Assembly (NCBI GenBank): GCA_965240325.2
Contig: OZ251241.1
Span: 124,001-188,000, forward strand
DNA: 64,000 nucleotides
Origin: Rebecca billardiae RCC1528
Taxonomy: Eukaryota > Protista > Haptophyta
Direction of reading: 5' to 3'
Shown: positions 24,399 to 36,669 of the stretch, piece after piece
Position numbering within the stretch: position 1 is the first letter of the stretch
How the letters are laid out: each line of letters begins with the position of its first letter
Notes under the pieces: model-generated
What the model was told of the DNA's origin: nothing
What the model saw: the letters and a program-made list of their open reading frames with translations, nothing else
Databases searched by the model: none
Translations under genes and position numbers: made by a program

Positions 24399-25549
24399 TG
24401 TCTTAGGTGGGCAGCCAGGGGCTGGCGGCAGCCGAGAGGGGCCGCTTTCCCCCGCCCCCGCTGCTTGCGAAGGCGGCGGGGGTGCGCTGCTTGCCTCCGC
24501 AGGCGAGCAGCGCGCAGTTTACGCCGGGCATACGTGGACCTGCCCACCCTTCATCTTCATCCAGTTCTTCCCTTCGGTTGGGGCTCGATCAGTCGACGCG
24601 GTGTCGCTCACAGCGCAGGCAGGTGTTTGGCGCGGCTGCGCTCTCGAGGTGGCTGGGATACGACATCCAGGTGCAGCATCCTCCCCGCCGTGTGGTGTCA
24701 GAGCGCGCTCTCGAGCGCGTGCCTCCGAGCGCGGGGCGGCCGCTTGCTGCAATGGCCGCCTCGATGAGGTGCGGCAACGCGCCCCTCACCTGCCTGCGCC
24801 GGTCTGTTTTGTGGCGGTGTCTTTGTGCAGTGTTGGATGGCGTCAATCACGCCTTAACCAAGTTAGCACGTTAAAACATAGTAAACTGTAAGTGTAGCCG
24901 CCCTCGTCGGAACACCAGCGCAAACTACGCTGGCCGGCAGAAGGTGGGCACGCCTGGCATGTTGATGCCGAGGCGGCTGCGTGTGTTCCTACTCAGTGGG
25001 ATTTACATGTCCTCATGCCTTGGCGAGCGGCAGCAGATGCGGTGGGCATGCCGCTCGCCGTCGACGAGACGCGGTCGGCGTGATTGCCGAACGATGTTGG
25101 TCGTCGGTAGTCGCCAAGTCGGTCGGTGCACGCGACGCGCCACCCGCGTGCGAGCCGCAGCCGCCGGAGACGCGGAGCGCGTGGTCGATGGCCATCGAGC
25201 CTTCGCTCGCGCTGTGGCTGGAACAAGCCGAGATGCCGTCACCGCCCCGAAACGAAGATCTTCTAAGCTAGTGTCCGGGACGGAACAACCCGCGGACGGG
25301 CTGTTTGTCCGGCAGCAGACTCTCAGTCTCTCACGTTGAGGCCATGGGCGGGGGCCCATGGCCCGGTAGTCGGTAGAAGGCGATCGGGAGCTGATGAGCA
25401 GCGCTGGCGCGCGGCGTCCTTGTCGTCCTCTTAGACAATCAGTCATTGTACCAATAACCCCACATATATATAATTAATTAATAATATAACAGCATATAGC
25501 AGCAGACGATAATAATATATATAATAAGCTAATATATATATATTAATAT

Positions 25550-28370
25550 TATGGCGCACGGCCCCCCCGAAAGGTCTGAGCGTGAGCGAAAGCCGGGGGG
25601 GGCGGCGCACGTGCTCCGCAAAATCAAAAAAGAGGATGCGCGCAGGATTTGGGGGATTTTTGTAGGTGGATTTAGCTGTGAAATCCGCATTTGACTCGAT
25701 ATCGCTGCTCATGATTGCGTTTGTACTGCTCCTTAATCCTTGGATAGTAAGTAATAGAAGAAATCGAACTCGAATAGGACAAAGGCGTCTGCATCTTTCT
25801 GATAATTATGGTGGGCCGTTCGTGATTCTCCTGCTGATATACACTTTTGGTTTGCTGATTCCATCAATTCAAAGAGTAAAGTATCGTCTCCTATTATCCT
25901 TCTCCTCTGAAGAGAACCACACTTCAGCAATAAAAACAACGTTTCAGTATCAACGTATTATGGCACGACGTTCGTCATCGCGGCTCGTTTGTCTATTGGT
26001 ACCCGCGAAATGAACCCTGCCAGATCTTCGCCTAATCAAAAACGCCTAGGCACGCGTTTTCGCACCGTTTCGCCGTACCATTTATGAGATTAACTTATAA
26101 TTATACAAACTTACAAAAACGGCGGTTCGCTTCGACCAGAATATATGCGCCCGTGCGGGCGTGGCCGACTAAGTGATATGACCAAATGAGGGAATCTTAC
26201 CCGTAAGCGTTATTTGGCGGCCCCGGCACACGCCGAGCGACCGAGGGCGATCGGAGGCTCAAAGCCGAAAAGGCTCTCGTTTTGCGTGCCGGTGCGCGCG
26301 ACTCAGCGCAGGTGCGCGCACTGCAGCTGCGGCGGGTCCCAACAGCCGTCGGCATCGCATTCGTGCCTCGCTCACCCCACGCGCCCCGCCCTGCCATGCG
26401 TCTTCGGCCCAAAGTGTACACCCCGCCCGGCCCGCGGCGTCGGCGCCCGCCGACGAAGTACGTTCACGAACACGGCCATCGGACTGCCGCGCCGCGCAGG
26501 TGACTCGACCTCGAGCGAGCCTGGGGCGTGGAGGCGACCGACGGCGGGGTGCGACTTGCCCACCGACCCGAGCTGCATCACCCAGCGCAGCTTCGCCCGC
26601 GACGATGCTTCGCCTGGCTACCACTGCTCAGCCTCGTTACCCACCGGCTGTGATGGCGACGCTGTCTGTCCGCGCGGCGTGCGGCGGCGCGCAGGCAGGG
26701 AGAGCGGCAGCCGGGCACCGAGCCGCAGGACGAGCTCTTGCTGGAGGACTCGCCCGAGCGCGCGTTCGCGCGCTTGCACACCGCGCTGCGCACCATGCAC
26801 GACCAGCGCGTCCTGCGCTTCTACACGCAGAACGACTCGTCGTGGACGATCGATCACGGGACATTGGCCTGCTGCAGTCGCAGTATCGGCGCACGTGCTG
26901 CACGCGACCTCGCAGCGCGCGTGGCCCGCATTCGAGGGGAAGACGCCGAGGGCGTGCAAGGAGCGGCTGCTGCGGCTGCGGGACATCGTAGACAGGCTCG
27001 AGCCGCGGGACATTGGCCTGCTGCAGTCGCAGTATGCGCTGCTGCACGCGACCTCGCAGCGCGCGTGGCCCGCATTCGAGGGGAAGACGCCGAGCGGGCG
27101 TGCAAGGAGCGGCTGCTGCGGCTGCGGGACATCGTAGACAGGCTCGAGCCGCGGCTGCTCGCGACGCTCTTCCCCGCCGACGCCGACGACGAGCTGCGCG
27201 AGCTTGTCCGACGCTGCGCCGATCCCGCCGGCGCGCGAGGCTGTGCGAGGCTGACGGACGGGCTGCCGAGCGCGATCTCCTCAGCGCTGCGCGCGGCCAC
27301 AGCAGGGCTGCCCGAAGCGCACCGGGCGGAGGCGCTGCGGCTGCTGCGCGTCGAGTTCGACACGGCCCAGCCCCCCGAGGCCGTCGATCGAGTCCGGATT
27401 ACTCGCGCCCGCGCCTCCTGCACGGCGACGGCGCCGGGCGCGCGCATCGTAGTGATAAATTCACAGTGATTCGGTGAAGAACGCGACAGGCCTGTTTTAT
27501 TTCTACGAGAGCCCAAAGGCGACATTCGCCAAAACGCGGAACAATGGCGGCTTGCCCGCTGGTGCGGGCGCCGGAGCTAGTCCGGAGTAGTGATGGCACG
27601 TCATTCGCGCATTCTCGTGTTGATGCGCTGCGCTGTAGCGAAGAATGTTGTCAGACATGCTGCCTCGCCTTGCCGTGGTGCTTCGCCTTGACACAGGGGT
27701 CACTCGCGGTGCACGGCAGTGTGTACGATGCAGCCGGCGAGCGGCGGGCAAACCGCCGCAGCTGCAGGCCCTCTGCAAGCTGCAAGCACTCTGCCTTGGC
27801 TGCATCGCACCCGTGTCAGTTAGCGACCAGTTCACAGCCAGATGGACTGCAATCGCCACCAGCTCTAAACGCTCCGCCGCCACTACCTTGTCGAGCTTGA
27901 GATGCTTCCGTTCGGCGTGCGCTTGCATGCAGCCTTGCCGCCTGCATTTGAACGTGAGCGCGGAAGGTTGGTAGGCCGGATGCTCAGGCCTCCTCGGCGT
28001 AAAATATGACAAGGTGCGTGCCACGCGCACCCATGACGCGCGGAAAGGCGTGCACACGTCTCCTGGCGCATCTGGCAGGCTGCAGTCTTGGCCAAGATGA
28101 TGAGAACAAGCCTGCAATCGCTCGCCGCGCGGGCGCAGAGCGCGCGGAGAGTTTTGGGATACGACCCATGGTGTTGGATGTACCTCGTGTGCGACAACGA
28201 CGAGGCGGACGAGCGCCGCAACTGGATTCCTGCACTCACCGGTCACCGAGGAGTGCAGGAATCGCGTTCCTCGCGCACGTGGGGGCCGCCATCGGCCGTG
28301 AGAGGTACATCCAACGGGGCGTGACACCGATTCCCACTGGCGGGCAGGGGTTTGTCGCCGTGACATAGGA
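25550..28370 (+). mobile_element. Decayed transposon-like element, possibly a tyrosine-recombinase (Crypton-like) remnant
   Basis: Starts abruptly at TATGG after a TA-rich tract (25463-25550); ~26310-26390 resembles 14090-14185 of the 1.66-kb element; frameshifted coding-like fragments include THDARK...LLAHLAGCSL; right end uncertain. Confidence 0.4.
26858..27152 (+). repeat. Tandem duplication of ~150 bp
   Basis: gggacattggcctgctgcagtcgcagtat...gacaggctcgagccgcgg occurs twice, with small indels. Confidence 0.9.
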
Positions 28371-28503
28371 AATGGAATCTGGTAGAAATAAAACAGGCCG
28401 ACAACTACCAGGGCCGTGCGCCATCAACTTCGTTGTTCACTACCCGAAGATCGGCGTAGCCGATCATGAATATATCAGTAGCAGTATAATCACCGCTGCG
28501 TCG

Positions 28504-31285
28504 TCAGACCGCTCTCACGTCGTCGCCGCTGACGTCACTGAGGACGGTGGCAGTAGCGCGGCCCTCACGACCCGCTGCCGAGCGCCGGGCACTGGCGCGC
28601 TCGCCCACCGCCGCTGCCGGCTCGCCGCCTGGCGCGGCCGCGCGGGGCGCAGGCCGCCCCTCCGTGGTCTGGGGCGGCGCGCCGAGGCTGAGCAGCTCGC
28701 GCAGCACCAGCCGGTTGCCGTCGCTCGTCTTGTCCACGCACGCGTCCAGCCCTGCCTGCTCGAAGGCGAGGCGGTCGTCCGAGCCCTCGGGGTCGCCCGT
28801 CATGCCGATGATCCGCCCTTTGAAGCCGCGCTGCCGCAGCGTGCGCGTCGCCTGCGTGCCCGTCAGCCTGGGCATCTGGTGGTCCCGGACAGGGAGGCGA
28901 CGCGGAGGGGTACGGCGTGAGTGGACAGCGCGCGCAGCGCGGCGTGGCACGGGGCGCGCGGCACGGGGCCCTCACCTGGTTGTCCATCAGGATCAGGTCG
29001 TAGTGCCGCGCGCCCGCCATCTGCACCGCCTGCTCGCCGTCGTCCGCCGTGTCGTACCCGACGCCGACGAGCTCGAAGGTGGCGAGTGGCAGCGTCATCT
29101 GCACGAACTTGTCGTCCTCGACGTGCAGGCAGCGGAAGCCCGGCGGGAACGCGCGCGCCGAGCTGAGCCGCCTGAGCCCCGCCGATGCGTCCACGCCGTC
29201 CTCGGGCGCCGTGAGCGCGTGCGGATTCATCGGCGCGCCCGGCGCGTGGGCGGCCACGCGCGCCCTGTGGTGGCCCGCCGCACCTGACGGCTCGGCGGCG
29301 CCACCGGCCGTCTTGGCCGCCTCCGCGCGGCCGCAGGAGCCGGGCGGCGTGCACTCGGCGCCGCCCTCGCCGTCGTCCCCCGCTCCCCGCAGGCTGACCG
29401 GATCGGCGCGCGAGCGCGGCTGCCGCGCGCGCATCGCCAGCACTCTCGACGCGGCCGGGTCGGACGAGGGCCGTTGCTCCGCCTTCAAGCCTTGCTCGCA
29501 CGCGGGCGGGAGGACACGCTGCGCGAGCCGAGTGCTGAGCGCGCCGCCGGAGGAGGAGCGCTGCGGGGCGAGGGCAGCGTCGAGCGCGCGCAGGGCACTC
29601 GACGCGTCGGCCTCCGCGAGCGGCGGCGCGCCCTTGAGCGCCAGCACCATCTCGAAGCGCGTGCCCCGCCCCTCCCCGTCTGAGTGCAGCCGCAGCTCCG
29701 AGTTGTCGTGCAGCTTGAGCAGCTCCTTGCTGATCGAGAGGCCGAGGCCCGTGCCGCCGTTGCCCTGGAGCTGGCCGCGGCCGACCTGCGTGAAGATGCC
29801 GCCGTCCTGCAGCGCGCGCAGCTCGGCGGCGGACAGCCCCGCGCCCGTGTCCACCACGGCGATGTGCACCTCGTGCCAGCCGCCGCCCTCCCGGCCCGCG
29901 GGCGGCCGCGCCGCGCGCCACGCGCTCACCGTCACCGCGCCGCCGGCATCGGTGAACTTGATCGCGTTGCTGCAGCCGTTGTTGAGCGCCTGCGCGAGGC
30001 GGCGGACGTCGCCCTCGAAGCGGTGCGGCGGCGCGAGCTCCTCGGGCAGCGGCTCGATGCGCAGCTCGACGCCCTTCGCCGCGGCGACCGTGGCGAACGT
30101 GTAGCGCGCGCTGTCGAGCACGTCTGAGATGGCGAGCGGAGCCTTGGCCACGGCGATCCGCCCCGAGTCGATCCGCTCAAAGTCGAGCATGTCGGAGACG
30201 ATGCCCTCCATCAGGTGGGAGAGCGCGCCGAGCGCGCCGATCATCTCGCGGATGGCGCCGAGCGGCTGCTCCTCGTCCATCGCCTGCATCGCCTGCGCGA
30301 GCGAGTGCACGCTGAGCAGCGGGCTGCGCAGGTCGTGCATCGCAACCCGGATGAGCCGCGAGCGCGCCTCCTTGCCCGCCCTCACCGTGGCCAGCTCGAG
30401 GCGCTCGCGCACGTGCGAGCGCTCCTGCTCGTACCGCTCGAGCACGGCGCCGCGCACGCGGCGGTGGAAGTGCCACTGCGCGCGGCCGATCTTGAAGATG
30501 TGCTGCCGCGCGTGCAGCGCCAGCGCCAGCGCGAGCGAGGTGCCAAGCGAGTCGCGCACGTTGGTGGCGGTCGAGCCGGGCGCGAGGAGCAGCTGCTGCG
30601 AGACCTGCGCGAGCCAGGTGCAGCCGATGAACACGGCGAAGCGGCGCGGGCGGAGCGGGATGAAGATGGCGCAGTAGAACAGCACGCAGTCGAAGCGCGT
30701 CGTCACGAACTGCAGGTCCTCCTCCGACTCTGCGCGCACCGACACGGCGTCGTTCGTCTGCTGCAGCAGGTTGGCGAGCCGCGCGGGCGTGATCGGCACG
30801 GAGGTGAAGAGAATGAGGAGCGCGATGATCCCCGCCTCGGTGGCCTCGAGCGAAAGCCCCTGCCACCTCTGCACGAGCGTGAAGAGCACGCCGAGGAGCG
30901 CGAGGATACACGACGCCGCCGCGAGCGTCAGCGTGAAGCCGACGCCGAGCGAGACGACGCTTGTGACCGCGAAGAGCGTGGAGGCGCACAGCAAGAGGGA
31001 AGCGCCGCGCAGGAAGTGCTTGCTGAGCTCGGGTAGCATGTGATCCTGCCGGTACGCGCCCTCGAGCTCCGCGTCCACCCAGTCACCCCACCAGTCCGCC
31101 GCGGGCAGGCTGAGGTTGAGTGGCACGCCCTCGAACGAGAGCCCGTCAGAGAGGTCGCCCTCGTCGCTGCCCGGAGGAGCGCCCTGGGAGCGCGCTCGCT
31201 CGGCGGCTTCCGGGTCCGGCGCAGGCCTCGCCCCTGACACGCGTGCCGCGCGGGGCATGCCGTGTGCGGCGAGGCGCCTCAGCAT
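28504..31285 (-). CDS. Membrane-bound hybrid sensor histidine kinase (TM-HisKA-HATPase-REC); intron 28975-28876
   Basis: H-box AMHDLRSPL, N-box SNAIKFT, G1 DTGAGL, G2 GGTGLGLSI; receiver LHVEDD, YDLILMDNQ|MP, IIGMTG, ACVDK; multi-TM N-terminus. Confidence 0.95.
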
Positions 31286-31619
31286 CGCAACTGACCGCCC
31301 TCCGCTTCACGTGCTCCTCACCACGCCCACGAGCCGCGCGGACGATCCCCTGCTGCTGAGTGTTGACGACACTCGCGCGCGAAGATAATATTCACGTTGC
31401 CCTTCTGCGCACCCCCGCTAGAACAGTTGAAGGGCGGCGAATCGGCGTCTGTCACGGGCGAATCGGCGATGAGCAATTGCATCATCAACGTTGCTCACTG
31501 ATCAACAACTCATAATCGATCGGTTGGAGTGCTACTCATTTTATTATGATTTCCGTACCGTAATAGAGAGAGCAGGGCCCTATTTGTAGCCCCTCGCTCG
31601 AATACTGGTCTCCGCAACG

Positions 31620-32531
31620 ATGCCGGACCCGCACGTCGAGCACGGCCGTGACTCGCTGGCGGCGGCAGATCAGCCGCTGCTGGTCGCCTCCGCGATCCCG
31701 TCCGTGCCCGAGGCCGCGGCCGACCCGCGCCCCTACGACAAGGAGGCGGCGGCGCTCTTCAACAACATGCGGCTGCCGGCAGCCATCATCGGCGGCTCCA
31801 TCCTGCCGCTCGGCTTCGGCTTCCCGCTCAAGACGGACCAGCGGTTTGGATTTGGGGTGTCCGACCAGACGCTCGCGTACGTTGACCGCGTGCACCTCGT
31901 CGTCGCCATCCTCTCGCTGCTCTCCGAACTCATCGCCGTCGTGTACTCCACCGTCGCTGTGAACGAGCTCACGGAGGTGGCCGTGCGGCCGACCGCGGAC
32001 GTGATGGCGCTGCTGCAGGGAGAGTACGAGATGGCGTGGCTCGGGTGCAACGTGTACTTCCTGCTCGGTGCGACGCGGCGCGCGCGCGCCCACGATGCGC
32101 ACACCCAGGCCCACGGCCCGCCTGCTCACCCGACGCGCGCGCGCGCCTCGGCCGCAGGCCTGCTTGGGCTGGCTGTGATGATCGCAATGCGCGCGTGGCT
32201 GCAGTTCGGCCCGGTGTTCGGCCTGGTGCCCGTGCTCTTCACACTCGCGGCAGTGCTGCTGATGCTGTCGATTGTGAACGAGGGCGCCGCCAAAGCGAGC
32301 GCCGTCGGCGCGCGCACCCGCAGCGGCAGCCGGCTGGGCAGCAGCTTCCTCCCCCTGTCTGTGCGGTACGTCAGACTGCTCTGCCGCGGCGCGCGCGCCA
32401 GCTGCAGCCCCATGCTCCTCGGCTCGGTGGCGTGCACGCTCGCGGCGGTGGTCATCGGCGCAGTGCGCCTGGCCCGGCTGGCGAAGGCCACGTCATCCGA
32501 CGCTGCCACTGTCACAGCTGCCACATCATAG
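31620..32531 (+). CDS. Hypothetical multi-pass membrane protein (probable in-frame intron ~32068-32157)
   Basis: Several hydrophobic helices, coding-like codon usage, gtgcga...gcag intron. Confidence 0.7.
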   Translation: MPDPHVEHGRDSLAAADQPLLVASAIPSVPEAAADPRPYDKEAAALFNNMRLPAAIIGGSILPLGFGFPLKTDQRFGFGVSDQTLAYVDRVHLVVAILSLLSELIAVVYSTVAVNELTEVAVRPTADVMALLQGEYEMAWLGCNVYFLLGATRRARAHDAHTQAHGPPAHPTRARASAAGLLGLAVMIAMRAWLQFGPVFGLVPVLFTLAAVLLMLSIVNEGAAKASAVGARTRSGSRLGSSFLPLSVRYVRLLCRGARASCSPMLLGSVACTLAAVVIGAVRLARLAKATSSDAATVTAATS

Positions 32532-32928
32532 ACGAGCCGTCCGGCGCCGCCGCCGGGCTCCGGCGGGCCGGCGCTGCCTGGCCTAGCGGCACCGCAGCCA
32601 CCGGGCCCGGGCCCGGGGGCGAGCTAGACGTCCTAGTCCTAGACGAGCGCGCCGCCTCCGCCGTCGTGGTATACGCGCGCGCGAATCCGATGATGCTGAT
32701 CGACGACGCGGCTATATCTCTAGCAGCTCCGACGCCACGGTAGCAGTCGTAGCAGTCGCTTTCAATCCTGATGATGACGCGAGTCTGAGCTCTGAGCAGA
32801 GTGAGCTCGCGTCGTGCTGGCGGCGGGCGCGCGGCGGGGCGGAGTCCCGTGCCGCCGCCGGTGCGGCCCGGGACCGCGGCTCCGCGTCCGGAGCGGTTGC
32901 TCACGAGAACAAGCCCGGCGCTGAAGTA

Positions 32929-33324
32929 CTATCGTCTTCGCCGGCGGCGGATGTTGTCGTCGCTCTCCTCCGCCAGCGGCGCGTCGGCATCCGTCGCGGA
33001 TGGGATGGATCCTGCGCTGCCGCCGTGCCCGCCGTCAGCCTCCTCGGCGGCGGCGGCACCGGCTGCCGCTGGCACCTCCGCCCCGGCGGCTGCTGCTGCC
33101 TCTCCGTCGTCAGGAGGCGCCGCCACCTCCTCGTCCGCACCGGCTGCGTCCTCGTCGCCAGCGCCGTCCTCGTCTGCGTCGGCGGCGTCGCGCGCGTCCC
33201 CGCCGCCCTCGCCCTGCTCCGCGCCGTCGTCCTCCTCCTCGCCCGCGCCCGCCGCGGCCTCCGCAGGGTGCTCGGACGCAGCGTGCGCCTTGGACTTGTG
33301 CGTGTGCCCTCGCTTGCGCCGCCG

Positions 33325-33366
<42 letters not shown>

Positions 33367-36300
33367 CTCCTTGCGGAGGTGCGCGCGCCAGACGTCCCTC
33401 GACTGCTTGAGGCAGTTCGTCCACATCTTGAACGCCACCTTGCACACCGACTTCCAGCCGGGGATCACGCAGCGGTAGTTCTGCGGGGACCGTGGGCGGA
33501 GCGGCGGGGCGCGGCCGCGCGCGCCGAGGCGGTGAGGTGCGCGCGCGCCGGGCGGCACGGCGCGCATGAGCCGCGCTCACCGCGAACGACTTGGTCGCCT
33601 TCTGTATGGGCGTGAGCTTGTGCTTCTCCTTGTGGTGGGCGGCCGCGTCCTCCGCCTCGGGGCCGCCCTCCTCCGCCTCCGCCTCGGGCGTGGGCGTCGG
33701 CTCCGTCTTGTTGCGCGCGCCCTCCTTCCTGTTGTTGAAGTAGTCCGTCACCTGCCGGTGCAGGGAGCCCTTGTGGCTCGCCCAGGTGAGCTCGCCGCCC
33801 GCCGCCACCTTCACGTCCTTCGCCGGGTCGTAGTTGTTCATCAGCAGGATGCGGTACCGCCCGATGTAGTCGCGGTTCGAGCGCGTGCCGTGCCTGCGCT
33901 CGCGCCGCGCACGCGCGGAGGGGAAGGAGGGGAGGCGGGCAGGCGCGCGCGGGGCGAGGGCGCGCACTCAGCCACCGGGGCCGGCCGACGGCCCGCCGGC
34001 CGCGCGCGCGGCCGCGAGTCACCAGATGTGCAGCACGACGCCCGGCGTGTACGAGATGTTCCACTGGCCCACGAGCGGCGTGAGCTTGGAGGCCCACGCC
34101 TTCACGTGCCGCGCCATCGGCGGCGGGTAGCGCGAGATGCCTGCGGCGCGCGCGCGGCGGGCGGCGCGCGCGCGGCCGAGCGACGGTGGGGGGCGCGGGG
34201 CAGGGGCGGCCGCGCGCGCTCCGCAGCACCGCCCGCCACCGCCGCGCGGTGTGTGTGCGCGCGCACGCACCGTAGAAGTGGCCCGTGAACGCGGAGAGCA
34301 TCACGCGGTCGCCACCGCCGATGATGCTGCGCGGCGCGTGGCGCGGCACCGGGCTCGCGAGGCGGGCGTGAGCGCGGCGCGAGCGGCCCTGACTGTTCGC
34401 GCGCTGAGCGCGCCGGCCCGCGCCTCGCGCCGGCCGCGTGCGCGCGCGCGCTCAGCGCCGCAGGGCCGCAGGGCCGCACCTGTACTGGTAGAAGCCTCCG
34501 CACGCCTCGAGCACGGCGCGGCGCGCGGCCCACGCGAAGCCGGGGTGGCCGAGGATGAAGCTCGACTTGAAGACGAACGGCTGGAAGTGGCGCATCGCCA
34601 GACCGGCCGAGTGGTACACCTGCGGGCGCGCGCGGCGCACACCGGGGCGCGCGCGCGGCGCGCGTGGGCGAGAGCGTGGCGCGCGCGCGGCGGTGGGCCC
34701 GGGGGGGCGTCGCGCGGCGCGGGCGCACCTGCCCCACGCCCAGGCCGAGCGGCAGGTCGTTCAGCTTGGGGATGTACTTGAACGGCTCCTCGTTCGGCGG
34801 CAGGTACGTCATCCAAGCGAAGGGCTGCGCACGCGCGGGCGCGGGGCGCCGCTCAGCGCGCGACTGGGCGCGGAGGAGGAGGAGGAGGAGGAGGAGGAGG
34901 AGGAGGAGGAGGAGGAGGAGGAGGAGGAGGAGGAGGAGGAGGAGGAGGAGGAGGAGCGCTCGGCCGCGCGCCCGCGCCGCACCTGCACGACCGGGTACTT
35001 GTCGAGCAGCTCGAACGTGCGCGGCACCCAGTGCTGGTTCACAAAGTAGAGGTCCGAGTCGAGCCAGATCACCTGAGAGCAGCGGCGCAGCAGCGCAGCG
35101 CAGCAGCAGCAGCAGCAGTGGCGGCGGCAGCGGAGGGCACACCGCCGTTGGCGCGCGCCGTGCGCGCGCGGCGCGGCGTGCGGGGTGTGAGCGCGCGCGG
35201 GGCGCGGGGCGGCGAGCGCGCGGCCGCGGCGCCCAGCCGCCGCCGCGCCGCGCGCCGCGCGCGCGCCTTGTCGCACTCGGGCGGCAGGTTCTCCAGCGCG
35301 ATGTTCATCAGCCGCTCCTTCTGCCAGAGCGTGTTGCCGCGCTTGGTCTGCCGGTGGATCAGGATGTCCGAGTCGGACGCGGAGAGCTGGAAGTCGATGG
35401 GCGCGCCCGAGGCGTCGAGCTCGTCCGGCCCGTCGCGGAAGATGAGCTCGACCGTGACCAGCTTGAGGCCCTGCGTGCCGCCGCGCCATCCGCGGGCGCG
35501 CAGGCCGGGCGGCGCAGGCGGCGGCGCGAGCGCGCGCGCGCGTGAGGCGCGGTGTGCGCGCCCACGCTGCGCGCGCGCGCACTCGGCTGGCGGCGGTCGC
35601 GCCGGCGTCGGCGTCGGCGGTGCGCGCGCGGCGCACCTGGTCCGCCAGGTGCCCGCGGAACGCCCTGAAGTTGAGCACCTTGTTCACGTGCCGCCCCGGG
35701 TTGAAGAAGGTGGTGATGCCGTAGATGCGCGCGCGCAGCTCGGGGTGGCGCATCCACTCGTCCAGCTTCATGCCCTCGTCACGCTCGCCCTCGTTCTTGA
35801 TGAGCTCGACGGGCGCGTCGCCCGGCGTCGGCGCGCCCTCGGGCTCCTCCTCCTCCTCCTCCTCCTCCTCCTCGCCACCACTCGCGCCGCCCGCCGCCGC
35901 GCCGCGCGCGAGCACCGCCGCCGCCGCGTCGGCCGCACCGCTCGCGCCGCGCGCCGCCACGTCTGCGGACGCCGCGCCGGCGTCCGCGCTATTCACCGTG
36001 CCCTGCGCGTGCTCGCGGTACAGCTGCGAGCGCACCTCCTGTTCACTCACGGCGGACGCCGCGTCGTCGTCGCCGCCGCCGCCGCCCTCCGCCTCGGCCT
36101 CGGCCTCGGCGGCCCGCCCGGCGCGCTCGCCGTCGCCGAGCGCGCTCGACGCATCGGCCGGCGTGAGCTCGGCGATGTGCGCGCCGATGCCGAGGATCTC
36201 CTCGCCGCCCGCGTCGAGCTCGTCGTCCTCGTCTACCTCCGGCGCGGGCAGCCCCGGCTCGGCTGGCCCCTTCCCCGCGCGCTTGAGCCGCTCGGCCGCG

Positions 36301-36449
36301 CGCGAGACAAACTTGGCGTACAGCTGCGGCCCGCCGCCCTCTGTGCGGAAGTGCACGGTGAGCATCATCGTGGTGAAGGCCCAGACGGCGAGCACGCACG
36401 TGAAGCCGACGAACACGCTCCATCGGAAGAGCGAGCGCCGCATCGGCAT
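32929..36449 (-). CDS. Type II membrane putative GT-A-fold glycosyltransferase, multi-exon
   Basis: N-terminal TM and acidic stem, then spliced core ITTFFNP...LVTVEL...LWQKERLMNIALENLPPECDK|VIWLDSDLYF...WVPRTFELLDKYPVVQ|PF...HPGFAWAARR...IIGGGD...LHIWHG, with a DSD (DxD) motif. Confidence 0.7.
34873..34956. repeat. Intronic (GAG)n trinucleotide microsatellite
   Basis: Perfect run of ~28 units; source of the spurious poly-L/E/S/R ORFs. Confidence 0.95.
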
Positions 36450-36669
36450 GGTGCGCGCGGTGCCTTGCCTTGCCTTGCCCAGGGCCGTCTACCGCGCCGC
36501 GCCGCTGGCGGCAGCCATGACCCTCCTTCTGAGTGAGTTGCTCACGGCGGCGGTCGGCAGTGCGGCAGTGCCGCCTTGCCGCCGCCCCGGCGGATGAGCA
36601 GACCCGGCCGGCGCCGGCGAAGTCCGGCCCGGGCGGCTGCATCGCGCACACGATTACACGTGGCGCAGC

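Noticed and set aside
25666-26013. Hydrophobic 115-aa ORF
   Set aside because: AT-rich with codon usage unlike the host genes; lies in the subterminal region of a putative element
19950-31285. cNMP kinase and histidine kinase as a signalling cluster
   Set aside because: Convergent genes separated by ~4.5 kb of repeat-derived DNA; nothing beyond proximity links them
34873-34956. Poly-Leu/Glu/Ser proteins here, poly-Ile-Tyr at 54385 and poly-Cys/Leu at 44017
   Set aside because: Translations of non-coding microsatellites
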